From assembly GCA_031290255.1 (NCBI GenBank), contig JAITNW010000012.1:3919-67918 (forward strand): 64,000 nucleotides of DNA, written 5' to 3'. Shown one piece after another: positions 19,958-29,520 of this stretch. This stretch comes from Candidatus Nomurabacteria bacterium (GTDB lineage Bacteria > Patescibacteriota > Saccharimonadia > Saccharimonadales > Saccharimonadaceae). A model generated the notes under the pieces. That model had not been told where the DNA came from. It ran no database searches and saw only the letters and a list, made by a program, of their open reading frames with translations. Numbering within the stretch: position 1 is the stretch's first letter; every line of letters starts with the position of its first letter. Made by a program: the position numbers and the translations under genes.

Positions 19958-20561
19958 CCCCCAACTGTTCGGTTATTAAAACACAGAAACGAACAACAAA
20001 AAAGCGTGGAAAACCCACAAAGAATTAAAATAAGTGTTCGGTTTTACACCTTAAAATGCCCAACTTTCCCACCACTTTGTGGAAAACATTACCGGAATTG
20101 AACCCAAAATGGTCTTGCTTTTTTCGAAAAACTTGGATAAACTAAGGACAAGTGGAACAAAAGAAATAAAAACCACTAAAACAAACAACAATTAAGATCA
20201 AAGAAAGGGCTGACCGCGAAGTGAAAAAGCAAAACACAAGCCAAAACAGTCAGCCAACAGATTACATAGTAGTTCAGCTCAAAAAGCGCTGATCTTTTTG
20301 TTAAGCACGTTAACATCGTTCGAATCCGACCATCTAGGAGTTTTGGGCGCGTTTAGGACACGCGTTATAGAAACCGCAAGCACATTCTAAACACACACCT
20401 CCCAATATATAACTCCAAGAGTTAAATACTCTACCTCACACACAATAAGTCTCTCAACAACCACGCAATACAGTTGGCTATACGCTAGCAAGAAATCGTG
20501 GCAGGCTTGTGAACAGGTAATTAAACAAAAATCAAAAAACACAAAAACTCAAGATTTCTAG

Positions 20562-21473
20562 ATGAACGGATTTGAACAATGTATAATAGAAGAAATGAAT
20601 CAGATCCATATCCCAGTATTGTTAGACAATGTTGTGAGCGGGTTGCATCCAGCACTAGGCGAGACTTATCTCGACCTTACTGCAGGGTACGGCGGACACG
20701 CTGACAGGATTTTGGAAGTAACGCAGAATTATAAAGGCGCGGTTTTAAACGATCGCGATGCTAATGCGGTAGATTATCTCAAGGCCAAGTACCAAAAGGA
20801 GAAGCCAGAGATTACGCACGACACATTTTATAATACAGCGTTACGACTTTTAGAGAGTGGAACCAAGTTTGACATCATTCTGGCGGATTTTGGCGTTTCT
20901 TCACCGCAACTGGACAAAACAGAGCGGGGTTTTTCGTTTACTCACGATGCTAGGCTTGATATGCGTATGGACGCCCGGCAAGATTTGGACGCTTGGGAAG
21001 TAGTCAACAGATGGAGCGAACGAAAACTCACCGATATTTTTGTACGATATGGCGAGGAATCAGAGGGTAGAGCTAGGTTGCTAGCTCGGCAAATCACACA
21101 CCATAGGCCGATCAATACGACGGCCGAGCTCGCAGATATCATCAAGCAAAAATCCGGCTATTCTCGGACTCACCCAGCCACCAAAGTCTTTCAGGCGATT
21201 CGTATCGCCGTGAACGACGAGCTTGGCGAGATCACCGAGACGCTGCCGCTTTTGCCCAAATTACTGAATCCCGGCGGACGTGTCGGAATTATCTCCTTTC
21301 ACAGCCTAGAAGACAGGCTAGTCAAGGAATACTTCAAGCATGCCAGCAAGCAGGGAATTGAATCGGAGCTAAGGCTCCTCACCAAAAAGCCTATTGTTGC
21401 GGGTAGCACCGAATTAGCTATCAATCCGCGAGCGAGAAGCGCAAAGCTAAGATTAGCCGAAAGGCTCTCATAG
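20562..21473 (+). CDS. rsmH: 16S rRNA (cytosine1402-N4)-methyltransferase RsmH
   Basis: 303 aa; DLTAGYGGHA, ILADFGVSSPQLD, ISFHSLEDR. An alternative start at ATG 20595 (MNQIHIPVLL) is equally plausible. Confidence 0.9.
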   Translation: MNGFEQCIIEEMNQIHIPVLLDNVVSGLHPALGETYLDLTAGYGGHADRILEVTQNYKGAVLNDRDANAVDYLKAKYQKEKPEITHDTFYNTALRLLESGTKFDIILADFGVSSPQLDKTERGFSFTHDARLDMRMDARQDLDAWEVVNRWSERKLTDIFVRYGEESEGRARLLARQITHHRPINTTAELADIIKQKSGYSRTHPATKVFQAIRIAVNDELGEITETLPLLPKLLNPGGRVGIISFHSLEDRLVKEYFKHASKQGIESELRLLTKKPIVAGSTELAINPRARSAKLRLAERLS

Positions 21474-21537
21474 AGTCAAAGCAGAAGCCGACCGCAAGCA
21501 AACGTAAAAACAAAAAACAAACAAAAAGGAGAAATAC

Positions 21538-21600
21538 ATGGCAAAGATCATCGTTACCAATCGTTCTCGTGCCGAGAAAATCAAAGTACACTTCCGTTAA
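21538..21600 (+). CDS. Candidate 20-aa micro-ORF (MAKIIVTNRSRAEKIKVHFR)
   Basis: AAAGGAG Shine-Dalgarno 6 nt upstream of the ATG, between rsmH and ftsL. No homology evidence. Confidence 0.25.
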   Translation: MAKIIVTNRSRAEKIKVHFR

Positions 21601-21787
21601 TATACCTGCGAAACCTATATGCCCCTTTTTAGGGGTACCAAATAGGTAGAGAGTATTTGGAGTGTGTAAAAATATATGACCTCCTTTTGCCCCGCCCAGC
21701 GTTATTTAAGCGCTGGGCTTGGGCGAAGGCTTTAAGAGGCATCATTAAGAGTGGAAAAATAAAAAATAAAAATTGGAAATAATATAA

Positions 21788-22150
21788 ATGAGTAATGCAA
21801 CTTTTGCGAGCAGGCGCATGAGTGGCGGAACGAATGTTAGCGGTGCTTGGGGGCGCAACCAAAACGCCGTCCGTCATCAGCCACGGGTCACTTTGGGGCC
21901 AATTAGCTATACTGTAACAATTGTATTGTTAGTATTGGTCGTAGGTTTGATCTACGTAGCTCAAGGTGCCAAAGTCACCAGTTATGATCACGAAGCTGCT
22001 GTCATTGATAATGAGATTGCCACTTTGCAAGCCCAGCGCGATGCCCTCGCTGTTGAAAACGCCAAGATTACTGCTGCCGCGGCCACAGATAGCAACGAGG
22101 TCGCCACCACCATGGTGGACACCAATACTGGCAATTTTGTTACAGAGTAG
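21788..22150 (+). CDS. ftsL: FtsL-like cell-division protein
   Basis: 120 aa; single TM (VTIVLLVLVVGLIYV) then a coiled-coil-like EIATLQAQRDALAVENAKI; sits between rsmH and ftsI. Confidence 0.5.
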   Translation: MSNATFASRRMSGGTNVSGAWGRNQNAVRHQPRVTLGPISYTVTIVLLVLVVGLIYVAQGAKVTSYDHEAAVIDNEIATLQAQRDALAVENAKITAAAATDSNEVATTMVDTNTGNFVTE

Positions 22151-22171
22151 TAATATAATGTTAGCCACATT

Positions 22172-23890
22172 ATGAATAGAGTCACTATATTAAAGATTGG
22201 TCTTATTGTGGCGGTCGCCATCATTGGCGTTCGCCTATTTCAGATTCAAATCATTGATCATGAAAAATATGCTCTAGCTGCCGAAAGTGAGCATACGCGT
22301 AAATTCGAGCTCCTTGCCGAGCGAGGCAACATATACATGCTAGATGGCGACAGCGTCACGCCTGTCGTGATGAACGAAACCGTCTGGACGGTCTTCGTCG
22401 ACCCTAGCTATGTAGGTGACAAGGATAAAGTTCAGGCTGAACTCACCAAAATTCTCGGTGAGAAAATTTTTGCTAAGTGGGATGATGTCTGGTCTGACCT
22501 GACAAAGCAGTATTTTGAGGTAGCCAAAAACGTCAGTTACGATGAGATTACGGCCATGAAATCTGTTAATTTGAAAGGTGTTGGCCAGAAAGCCTCCAGC
22601 CGCCGCGTTTACCCTTATGGTACCTTTGCAAGCCAAGTACTGGGCTTTATCAATGCCGAAGGCGTCGGTTACGGTGTAGAGCATGCCCTCAGAAACGAAC
22701 TTGCCGGTACCAACGGCCTGCTCAAAACCGTAGCAGATGTTAATAATATTCCGCTCACCATCGGTGATAGCAATGTTCGGGTACCAGCGATAGACGGCAA
22801 AAATATTGCTCTCACTATTGATGAAAATATCCAGCGCGCCACCGAAAAAGCCTTAGAAAAATCCCTCAAAAAAGAAGACATTTCCGCCGTCAGTGCAGTC
22901 GTAGTCAACCCAAATAATGGTCAAGTCTACGCCATGGCCAATCTACCCGGCTTCGACCCAGAAACTTACTGGAAAGTTTCCGACCCGGAAGTTTACAAAA
23001 ATCGCGTTCTGGTGGATCCTTACGAAGCCGCCAGCGTTTGCAAAACTTTTACTTTTGCCGCCGCCATCGAAAATGGCTCCATTAAGCCCACTGATACTTA
23101 TACTAATACAGGATCCACTAAAGTAGACGATCGCACTATCCAAAACGCACGCTACAGCACGCAATTTGGCAACATTACTTTTCAAACCGCCCTCAGTAAT
23201 TCATTAAATACCGGCAGCGTAGAAGTCCTGCGCCGTATGGGTGGCGGCCAAATCAACAAATCCGCTCGTAATCTCCTTTATGACGCCTACTATAATCGTT
23301 TTGGACTCGGCAAAACCACCGGTATCGAACTCTACGAAGTCCCCGGTGTCGTGATTAGCCCAGACGAAGTGCAGGGTAATGCCGTACGCTACGCCAATAT
23401 GACCTTTGGACAAGGTATGGATATCACAATGATTCAGACTATCGCGGCTTTCTCGTCAGTCATCAACGGCGGAAATTATTATACGCCAACTGTCATCGCT
23501 GGCGAAGTCGTGCAAGGCAAGCTCGTAGCAAATGACACGAAACCCCCCACAAGACAAACCATTAGCTCCAATACCAGCGCCACAATGCGCGATATGCTCG
23601 TAGGAGTCCGCGGTGTAGTAGGGAAGGGAAATGATTTGCCTGGCTACCGAGTAGGCGTGAAATCCGGTACGGCTGAGACTTATGACGAAAAAGGGAATTA
23701 TACTTCCGACCGCACTATCGCCAGCCTAATAGGGTTCGGCGGCGCTGACGATGGCAGTTTGCCAGATTACGTAGTGATGGTTCGCGTAGAAGGTGATAAG
23801 CTACTATGGGGGAGCGTTGATGCCGAACCCATCTTTACCGAGATCAGCAACTTCATGCTAGGATATCTAAAAATAAAGCCGAAAGGATAA
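22172..23890 (+). CDS. ftsI: Penicillin-binding protein 2 / FtsI transpeptidase
   Basis: 572 aa; N-terminal TM; SxxK (SVCK), SxN (SNS), K(S/T)G (KSGTA) motifs. Confidence 0.85.
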   Translation: MNRVTILKIGLIVAVAIIGVRLFQIQIIDHEKYALAAESEHTRKFELLAERGNIYMLDGDSVTPVVMNETVWTVFVDPSYVGDKDKVQAELTKILGEKIFAKWDDVWSDLTKQYFEVAKNVSYDEITAMKSVNLKGVGQKASSRRVYPYGTFASQVLGFINAEGVGYGVEHALRNELAGTNGLLKTVADVNNIPLTIGDSNVRVPAIDGKNIALTIDENIQRATEKALEKSLKKEDISAVSAVVVNPNNGQVYAMANLPGFDPETYWKVSDPEVYKNRVLVDPYEAASVCKTFTFAAAIENGSIKPTDTYTNTGSTKVDDRTIQNARYSTQFGNITFQTALSNSLNTGSVEVLRRMGGGQINKSARNLLYDAYYNRFGLGKTTGIELYEVPGVVISPDEVQGNAVRYANMTFGQGMDITMIQTIAAFSSVINGGNYYTPTVIAGEVVQGKLVANDTKPPTRQTISSNTSATMRDMLVGVRGVVGKGNDLPGYRVGVKSGTAETYDEKGNYTSDRTIASLIGFGGADDGSLPDYVVMVRVEGDKLLWGSVDAEPIFTEISNFMLGYLKIKPKG

Positions 23891-23891
23891 A

Positions 23892-24923
23892 ATGTTAGAA
23901 CAAATTAATTCCGAAATGGTCTATGAGCTCGTTCTCGCGCTTGGCGCCTTTCTCCTAGCTATGTTCTTGACGCCAATCTATACATATTTTGCCTACAAAT
24001 ATAAGTGGTGGAAAAAGCAAAAGAGTGTGGCGGTAACTGGCGAAAAACTGACTGTTATGAACAAGCTCCATGAGAAAAAAATTGCTCGTCATTTTCCAAC
24101 TATGGCGGGCGTAATTACACTGCTAGCAGTGGGAATCACTACTTTCGTCTGTAATTTTGATCGCGCTCAGACTTGGCTTCCTATGGCAGGGTTCGTTGGC
24201 GGTGGCATTATCGGGCTCATTGATGATGTCATGAATATCTTTGGGCGCAAAGCCGTAGCGGGGTTACGCGCTCCAGCCAAATTCGCAATGATTTCCTTAC
24301 TCGGTCTCGCTCTCGGCTGGTTCTTTGCTGTCAGGCTCGGTTGGACCAGCATCTATATGCCATTCTTCGGCCCGATCGTCATCGGTGCCACCCCAATGAT
24401 TTTGTTATTTGCCTTTGCGGTTGTCGCTACCGGTAACGCCGTCAATATCTCAGACGGTATGGACGGCCTGGCTGGCGGTCTCGCCATGCTCGCTTACGGT
24501 GCCTTTGGGGTAATCGCGCTTCTGCAGGGTCAATGGGGCGTCACGGGCTTCTGCTTTACTGTCGTCGGCGCACTCCTGAGCTATATTTGGTTCAATGTCT
24601 ATCCGGCGCGCTTCATGATGGGCGACATTGGTTCGTTCGCCCTCGGCGCTGGTCTCGGTGTCGTCGCCATGATGACAAACTCTTTTTTCCTACTGCCTAT
24701 TATCGGCTTTGTATTTGTCGTTGAGGCCGGTAGCTCACTACTACAGATTATTTCCAAAAAATTCTTCCATCGCAAAATCTTCGTTAGTGCGCCCATCCAC
24801 CATCATCTTCAAGCCAAGGGCTGGGAAGAAAGCAAGGTCGTAATGCGATTCTGGGTGCTTGGTGGCGTTTTCGCCATTATCGGTATTTTCCTCGCCATGG
24901 GCGGAGGCATTGCCGGTGCGTAA
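23892..24923 (+). CDS. mraY: Phospho-N-acetylmuramoyl-pentapeptide transferase
   Basis: 343 aa polytopic protein; GLIDD and NAVNISDGMDGLAGG motifs. Confidence 0.9.
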   Translation: MLEQINSEMVYELVLALGAFLLAMFLTPIYTYFAYKYKWWKKQKSVAVTGEKLTVMNKLHEKKIARHFPTMAGVITLLAVGITTFVCNFDRAQTWLPMAGFVGGGIIGLIDDVMNIFGRKAVAGLRAPAKFAMISLLGLALGWFFAVRLGWTSIYMPFFGPIVIGATPMILLFAFAVVATGNAVNISDGMDGLAGGLAMLAYGAFGVIALLQGQWGVTGFCFTVVGALLSYIWFNVYPARFMMGDIGSFALGAGLGVVAMMTNSFFLLPIIGFVFVVEAGSSLLQIISKKFFHRKIFVSAPIHHHLQAKGWEESKVVMRFWVLGGVFAIIGIFLAMGGGIAGA

Positions 24924-26163
24924 GCATAAATCTGACCTTTTGATCGCACTTTTTACCGTCATCTTGATGGCAGTCGGACTGATTATCATCTACGCCATTG
25001 GGCCTAGCTGGGCGCAGTTTCAAAATACCGTCAATAATACCAGCTATAGTAGTAATTTCTTTTTTAGTAGGCAACTCCTCAGCGTCGGGATTTCTCTAGG
25101 CGCATTCTTCTTTGCCTACAAATTCCGTTATGAGTGGGTCGAAAAAGCAGGCAAGTGGCTACTCATTGGTGGCTTCGCTCTCTGCGCCCTTATGGCAATC
25201 TTGGGCCTTGCTCAGTCAAGCTTCGTCAACTGTTCACTAGGTGCTTGCCGATGGCTCAATTTCCCATTTGGCTTCAACCTGCAGCCCGTAGAAGTCCTCA
25301 AGCTCGGCATCTTGGTCTACATGGCAGGTTTAATTGCCAAACGCCAAAATGAAGGCATATTAGAGAAAAAGGAATTTTGGATCCCCTTTGTTCTAGTCAT
25401 GGCGCTCACGATGATCTTCGTAGCCGTAATCCAAAAAGATCTCGGTAGTACTGTTGTAATCACTTTTATGATGCTTTGCATGCTCGTGGTCTCTAATATG
25501 CGTTGGCGCTATATCGGCATCGTTGTAGGAGCTTTGTTATTGATTGGGACATTTCTTATTGTATTATTTCCGCACCGTATGGAGCGCATGATGAGCTTTA
25601 GCGGCGACGGCAACACTCATCATATCGAGAACGCGCTGATCGCGATTGGTACTGGCGGATTTTGGGGCGTTGGCATCGGCAATAGCGTTCAAGCTACTGG
25701 GTATCTGCCAGAATCTATCAATGATTCGGTCTTTGCCGTGATGGGTGAAACATTTGGTTTCGTTGGATTGATGGCGGTAGTCTTGCTTTTTGCCGCCCTT
25801 TTGGGACGTATCTTGAAAGTCGCTCAGCGATTATACGCACCACCGAAAAAAGCCAAAACTCCATCGCGCAAGGATACAAGTATCGCTCCAGTCACTTCTG
25901 GCTACTTCGTCGTCATAGGGGTCTTCGCTTGGGTCGCCGGACATGTTATAATTAACATTATGGGAATGACAGCCATCATCCCAATGAAAGGCATCACATT
26001 GCCTTTCCTAAGCTACGGTGGCACCAGTATGATGTTTGTAGCCGCAGCTATGGGATTATGTTTGCAACTATCGGGCTGGACTAAAAGAGAGGTAATAAAT
26101 GAAGATAGTAGTGGTAGGCGGGGGGAGCGGCGGACATATCACGCCAGTAGTCGCCATCATTGA
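24916..26163 (+). CDS. ftsW: SEDS-family peptidoglycan glycosyltransferase FtsW
   Basis: ORF-track frame 24859..26163; preferred start GTG 24916, overlapping the mraY stop. Motif PESINDSVFAVMGETFGFVG; 3' end overlaps murG by 65 nt. Confidence 0.8.
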   Translation: MRKHKSDLLIALFTVILMAVGLIIIYAIGPSWAQFQNTVNNTSYSSNFFFSRQLLSVGISLGAFFFAYKFRYEWVEKAGKWLLIGGFALCALMAILGLAQSSFVNCSLGACRWLNFPFGFNLQPVEVLKLGILVYMAGLIAKRQNEGILEKKEFWIPFVLVMALTMIFVAVIQKDLGSTVVITFMMLCMLVVSNMRWRYIGIVVGALLLIGTFLIVLFPHRMERMMSFSGDGNTHHIENALIAIGTGGFWGVGIGNSVQATGYLPESINDSVFAVMGETFGFVGLMAVVLLFAALLGRILKVAQRLYAPPKKAKTPSRKDTSIAPVTSGYFVVIGVFAWVAGHVIINIMGMTAIIPMKGITLPFLSYGGTSMMFVAAAMGLCLQLSGWTKREVINEDSSGRRGERRTYHASSRHH

Positions 26164-27274
26164 GGAGATCTGGAAGATCAAACCGCGCGCGCGCATTGAG
26201 TTCTGGACTGACCGCAAATTCTACAAAAACGTCACCAAGACCACCTCTGGGATGGGCCCTAGCCTGAGCATTAGGAAGATTTCCGCCGGGAAACTACGTC
26301 GCTACACCAACTTTACATTCGTGATGTATCTCCAGCATTTTGATATCGTCCTAGGCAACATTATAGATGTTTTCAAAATTATTGCCGGTTTCATCCAGAG
26401 CTTTTTCCGCCTAATACATCTGAAGCCAGACGTTATCTTTCTAAAAGGCGGTTATGTCTGCTTGCCCGTCGGCCTCGTAGCGCGTCTTCTTCGCATACCA
26501 TACGTCATCCACGATAGCGACACCGTACCTGGCCTCACTAATCGTATCCTTGCCAAACACGCCGTCAAAATTGCCACAGGGATGCCACTAGAATACTACA
26601 GATACCCCAGCGACAAAGCCGAATGGACTGGTATACCTACCAGCGCAGAATTCCACCCCGTCACTGTTAAGCGTCAAAAAGCACTCAAGCGTGATCTGGG
26701 CTTCTCAGCCGACGATTTACTCACGGTTGTCACAGGTGGCAGTCTTGGCGCACAGCACATTAACGAAACCATCCGCGAGATCTTACCGGAATTGCTCAAA
26801 TTCACCGGAATTCTACTTGTAGCCGGCCGTGAACGTTATCCAGAAATGTTAGATCTCAAAAAGCACGAAGTCTGGGAAAAAGGCAAACTCAAGTCCAACT
26901 TCCGCATGATTGAATTTTCCGCCGAAATGTCCAAATTATTTGGTGCTGCCGATCTTGTCGTGAGTCGCGCCGGCGCCTCCACCATGACCGAGCTTGCTGC
27001 CATGCAAAAAGCCGTCATCATGGTGCCAAATCACAAATTACCCGGCAAGCATCAAGTCAAAAATGCAGAAGCCTACGCCCAAGCCAAAGCCGCCATCATC
27101 GTAGAGGACGATCGTATGGTGGACCAGCCTGGGCTCCTTCTAAGCGCCATCAAAAAACTCGCCAAAAACAAAGACATCAGAGACGAAATGGCAGCAAAAT
27201 TGCGGAACTTTACCAAAGGCGACGCCGCTGAGCGACTCGCAAAAATCATTATAAGCGCCGCTGGAGGCAGATAA
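26099..27274 (+). CDS. murG: UDP-N-acetylglucosamine--N-acetylmuramyl-(pentapeptide) pyrophosphoryl-undecaprenol N-acetylglucosamine transferase
   Basis: 391 aa; N-terminal GGGSGGHITP; C-terminal SRAGASTMTELA motif. Confidence 0.9.
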   Translation: MKIVVVGGGSGGHITPVVAIIEEIWKIKPRARIEFWTDRKFYKNVTKTTSGMGPSLSIRKISAGKLRRYTNFTFVMYLQHFDIVLGNIIDVFKIIAGFIQSFFRLIHLKPDVIFLKGGYVCLPVGLVARLLRIPYVIHDSDTVPGLTNRILAKHAVKIATGMPLEYYRYPSDKAEWTGIPTSAEFHPVTVKRQKALKRDLGFSADDLLTVVTGGSLGAQHINETIREILPELLKFTGILLVAGRERYPEMLDLKKHEVWEKGKLKSNFRMIEFSAEMSKLFGAADLVVSRAGASTMTELAAMQKAVIMVPNHKLPGKHQVKNAEAYAQAKAAIIVEDDRMVDQPGLLLSAIKKLAKNKDIRDEMAAKLRNFTKGDAAERLAKIIISAAGGR

Positions 27275-27730
27275 ATGCAAATCCAAAAATCCAAAAATCT
27301 TAGTTCCCATAAAGCCGTCAGACCCATTGCCAAATACGCACAACGCGTTAGTCTCGTTTTCGTCGCCATCAGCATCTTTCTCGTTTCCTTTATGACTATC
27401 ACGAGACTCTTATTCACCCAAGAAGTCGTTGCCACCAATAACCTTCGCGCAATGGCGCGCATCTATTACGAAGATTATTTTTACGAGCAATTCGTCGGCG
27501 AACGTTCCGGCGTCAATTTAGCCACCGCCTTCGAGCCCTATCTCAAGACTGGCTTCCGTCCCGTTACCCTTCGCCAGCTTCTCAGCTTCGACAAAGGTAG
27601 ATTGGCCGCCGAGTCTAACCGCTTCTTAGGCTGTGACAAGCTCGCCACCACCATCCAAATTACGCCTACGCCCCCATTCGGAGCAGAGGACTACCACCTC
27701 GAAACCGCCCTTGTCTGTGACGCAGAATAA
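27275..27730 (+). CDS. Hypothetical single-TM protein at the end of the dcw block
   Basis: 151-aa ORF abutting the murG stop (TAAATG); TM VSLVFVAISIFLVSFMTI; no recognised domain. Confidence 0.45.
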   Translation: MQIQKSKNLSSHKAVRPIAKYAQRVSLVFVAISIFLVSFMTITRLLFTQEVVATNNLRAMARIYYEDYFYEQFVGERSGVNLATAFEPYLKTGFRPVTLRQLLSFDKGRLAAESNRFLGCDKLATTIQITPTPPFGAEDYHLETALVCDAE

Positions 27731-27750
27731 TGCTAAAATATGACTCAGCT

Positions 27751-27826
27751 GGTCGCGTCGTCTAGTGGTTAGGACTCCAGGTTTTCATCCTGGCAATCGC
27801 GGGTTCGAACCCCGCCGCGATCACCA
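27751..27826 (+). tRNA. tRNA-Glu (anticodon UUC)
   Basis: Acceptor GGTCGCG/CGCGATC, anticodon arm CCAGG-TTTTCAT-CCTGG, T arm GCGGG-TTCGAAC-CCCGC, CCA. Confidence 0.9.
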
Positions 27827-27827
27827 G

Positions 27828-27862
27828 AAAAAAGCCTCATCTTCCGATGAGTCTTTTTTCTC
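27828..27862. terminator. Bidirectional intrinsic terminator after tRNA-Glu
   Basis: A-run, CTCATC-ttcc-GATGAG, T-run; usable on both strands. Confidence 0.6.
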
Positions 27863-27898
27863 TTCAAACACCAAAAACCAGAGCCTAAACCAGGCCAT
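27828..27898 (-). ncRNA. Candidate ~70-nt small RNA
   Basis: Bounded by promoter 27905-27933 (TTGACT-N17-TACAAT, minus strand) and the bidirectional terminator at 27828-27862; no ORF. Internal hairpin GGCCU-GGUUU-AGGCU. Confidence 0.3.
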
Positions 27899-27904
27899 AT
27901 CCTA

Positions 27905-27933
27905 ATTGTATCACAGATTTCATAAAAAGTCAA
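27905..27933 (-). promoter_or_regulatory. Consensus promoter (TTGACT-N17-TACAAT) with no downstream ORF
   Basis: Reverse complement of 27905-27933; points toward the tRNA-Glu terminator. Confidence 0.5.
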
Positions 27934-27975
27934 GCACGAACAGGAAACATTAGGCATTTACCCCCATAATATGGT

Positions 27976-29436
27976 ATGCTTGTAGATATGAGCAAATTAT
28001 TTAAAAGAACCAAAATCTTGGCAACCGTGGGGCCCTCCGTGTTTGCCGAGGAAAAACTAAAAGAAATGGTCTACGCCGGAGTCAATGGATTTAGATTCAA
28101 TTTCAGTCACGGCAACTACGAAGAGCGCGACGAACAGCTCGCAATTGTTCGGAAATATGCTTCCGAGCGCGGCAAGAGCGTTGCTGTCTTGCAGGATCTG
28201 CAGGGTCCAAAAATCCGTCTCGGTATTATCAAAGACAATCGTATGAATCTAAAAGCTGGTGACGAAATCATCCTCGATCACGCTGTAGAAGAACACAAAG
28301 GCGACAATGTTTTGCCAGTGCAGTACAATCTTGCCGAAAAAGTCAAAGTCGGCGAGCCAATCTCGATGTTCGATGGTAAAATTCGTGCCCAAATAATAGA
28401 GATTACATCCAAAACCGCTATCCGCATCAAAATCGAAAACGACGGCTTTATCATGAGCCGAAAGGGGATCAATCTCCCCGACACCGATCTCGGCGGCGAT
28501 ATTATCACCGAAAAAGATATGGCCGACATTGAGTTCGGCGCCAGTCGTGATTTTGACTTCGTAGCTATGAGCTTCGTCCAGTCCGCAGACGACATCGAAA
28601 AACTCCGTCAAATCCTCGTTTCTCACGGTAGCACCGCGCAAATCATAGCTAAAATCGAAACCAAAAAAGCCATCGAGAGCGACAAAGTCATGGAAGATAT
28701 CGTCAAAGCCACCGACGGCATCATGATCGCACGTGGTGATATGGCTATCGAAGCTGGCGCCGAAGTTGTACCCATCGTACAGCGCAAGCTAATCGCCCTT
28801 TGCCGCCAATATTCCAAGCTTTGCATCGTCGCCACCCAAATGATGGCAAGCATGGTGGATAATCCTGAGCCCACCCGCGCCGAAGTTAGCGATGTCGCCA
28901 CAGCGGTATTGCTTGGCACCGACGCAGTTATGCTTAGTGACGAGACCGCTAATGGCAAATATCCTATAGAGACGATCAGAGCAATGAAAAAGGTGATCCT
29001 ATATACCCAAAATCATTCCCGCATCATGTCTATTGACGAAGACCCTACCGGCGAATACGAAAACTACGATGCTATCGGCAAATCGGCAGTCAACCTTGCC
29101 GAGCAAATCGGCGCAGACTTAATCGTAGTTGCCACCAAATCTGGTGCCACCGCCGCTGCTATAGCTGCACAGCGCCCCAATATACCTATCGTCTCCATCA
29201 CGAGCGACCCTCGCGTCGCCGGCCAGCTTGCCCTCACCTATTCCAACTCCGCTTTCGTGCGTCCATATTCCGACGACAACACTTATACTTACGCGCTCGA
29301 CACTGCCCGCGACCTCAAAAACAACGGCTACCTCCGCGTCCCAGAAGGCAAAGACGAACTCACGGTGATCTTCATCTCCGGTATTCTCCGCGATGAAATC
29401 GGCGGTACCGACTCCATTCAAATCCGCAAAATCTAA
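27976..29436 (+). CDS. pyk: Pyruvate kinase
   Basis: 486 aa; TKILATVGP, FRFNFSHG, MIARGDMAIE. ATG 27988 is an alternative start. Confidence 0.9.
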   Translation: MLVDMSKLFKRTKILATVGPSVFAEEKLKEMVYAGVNGFRFNFSHGNYEERDEQLAIVRKYASERGKSVAVLQDLQGPKIRLGIIKDNRMNLKAGDEIILDHAVEEHKGDNVLPVQYNLAEKVKVGEPISMFDGKIRAQIIEITSKTAIRIKIENDGFIMSRKGINLPDTDLGGDIITEKDMADIEFGASRDFDFVAMSFVQSADDIEKLRQILVSHGSTAQIIAKIETKKAIESDKVMEDIVKATDGIMIARGDMAIEAGAEVVPIVQRKLIALCRQYSKLCIVATQMMASMVDNPEPTRAEVSDVATAVLLGTDAVMLSDETANGKYPIETIRAMKKVILYTQNHSRIMSIDEDPTGEYENYDAIGKSAVNLAEQIGADLIVVATKSGATAAAIAAQRPNIPIVSITSDPRVAGQLALTYSNSAFVRPYSDDNTYTYALDTARDLKNNGYLRVPEGKDELTVIFISGILRDEIGGTDSIQIRKI

Positions 29437-29520
29437 GCTATGTTAAAATAAAATAATAGCGTAGTGGCTAGCACATAAAAAGCCTGAAGCGCTACCAATA
29501 ATTTAGGAGGTGCGACCACG

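Noticed and set aside
20318-20345. tRNA or tmRNA remnant (CGTTCGAATCCGACC resembles a T-loop)
   Set aside because: The flanking bases do not form a T stem, and no acceptor, D or anticodon arms can be drawn. At most it is a decayed fragment.
19633-20561. Chromosomal replication origin, suggested by DnaA-box-like TGTGGAAAA / CGTGGAAAA / TTATCCAAG words in a long noncoding region
   Set aside because: Only one 9-mer fits the relaxed consensus. There is no dnaA or dnaN nearby, no clear AT-rich unwinding element with clustered boxes, and no convincing skew switch across the region when codon third positions are inspected.
26099-26163. 65-nt ftsW/murG overlap as a frameshift or fusion artefact
   Set aside because: Both frames are intact. 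The MurG N-terminus (MKIVVVGGGSGGHITP) is canonical and the FtsW tail is a plausible basic cytoplasmic extension. Overlaps are common in this compact genome.
27769-27957. 62-aa minus-strand ORF
   Set aside because: It overlaps tRNA-Glu(UUC) and its terminator. The region is better explained by the tRNA plus a short non-coding transcript.
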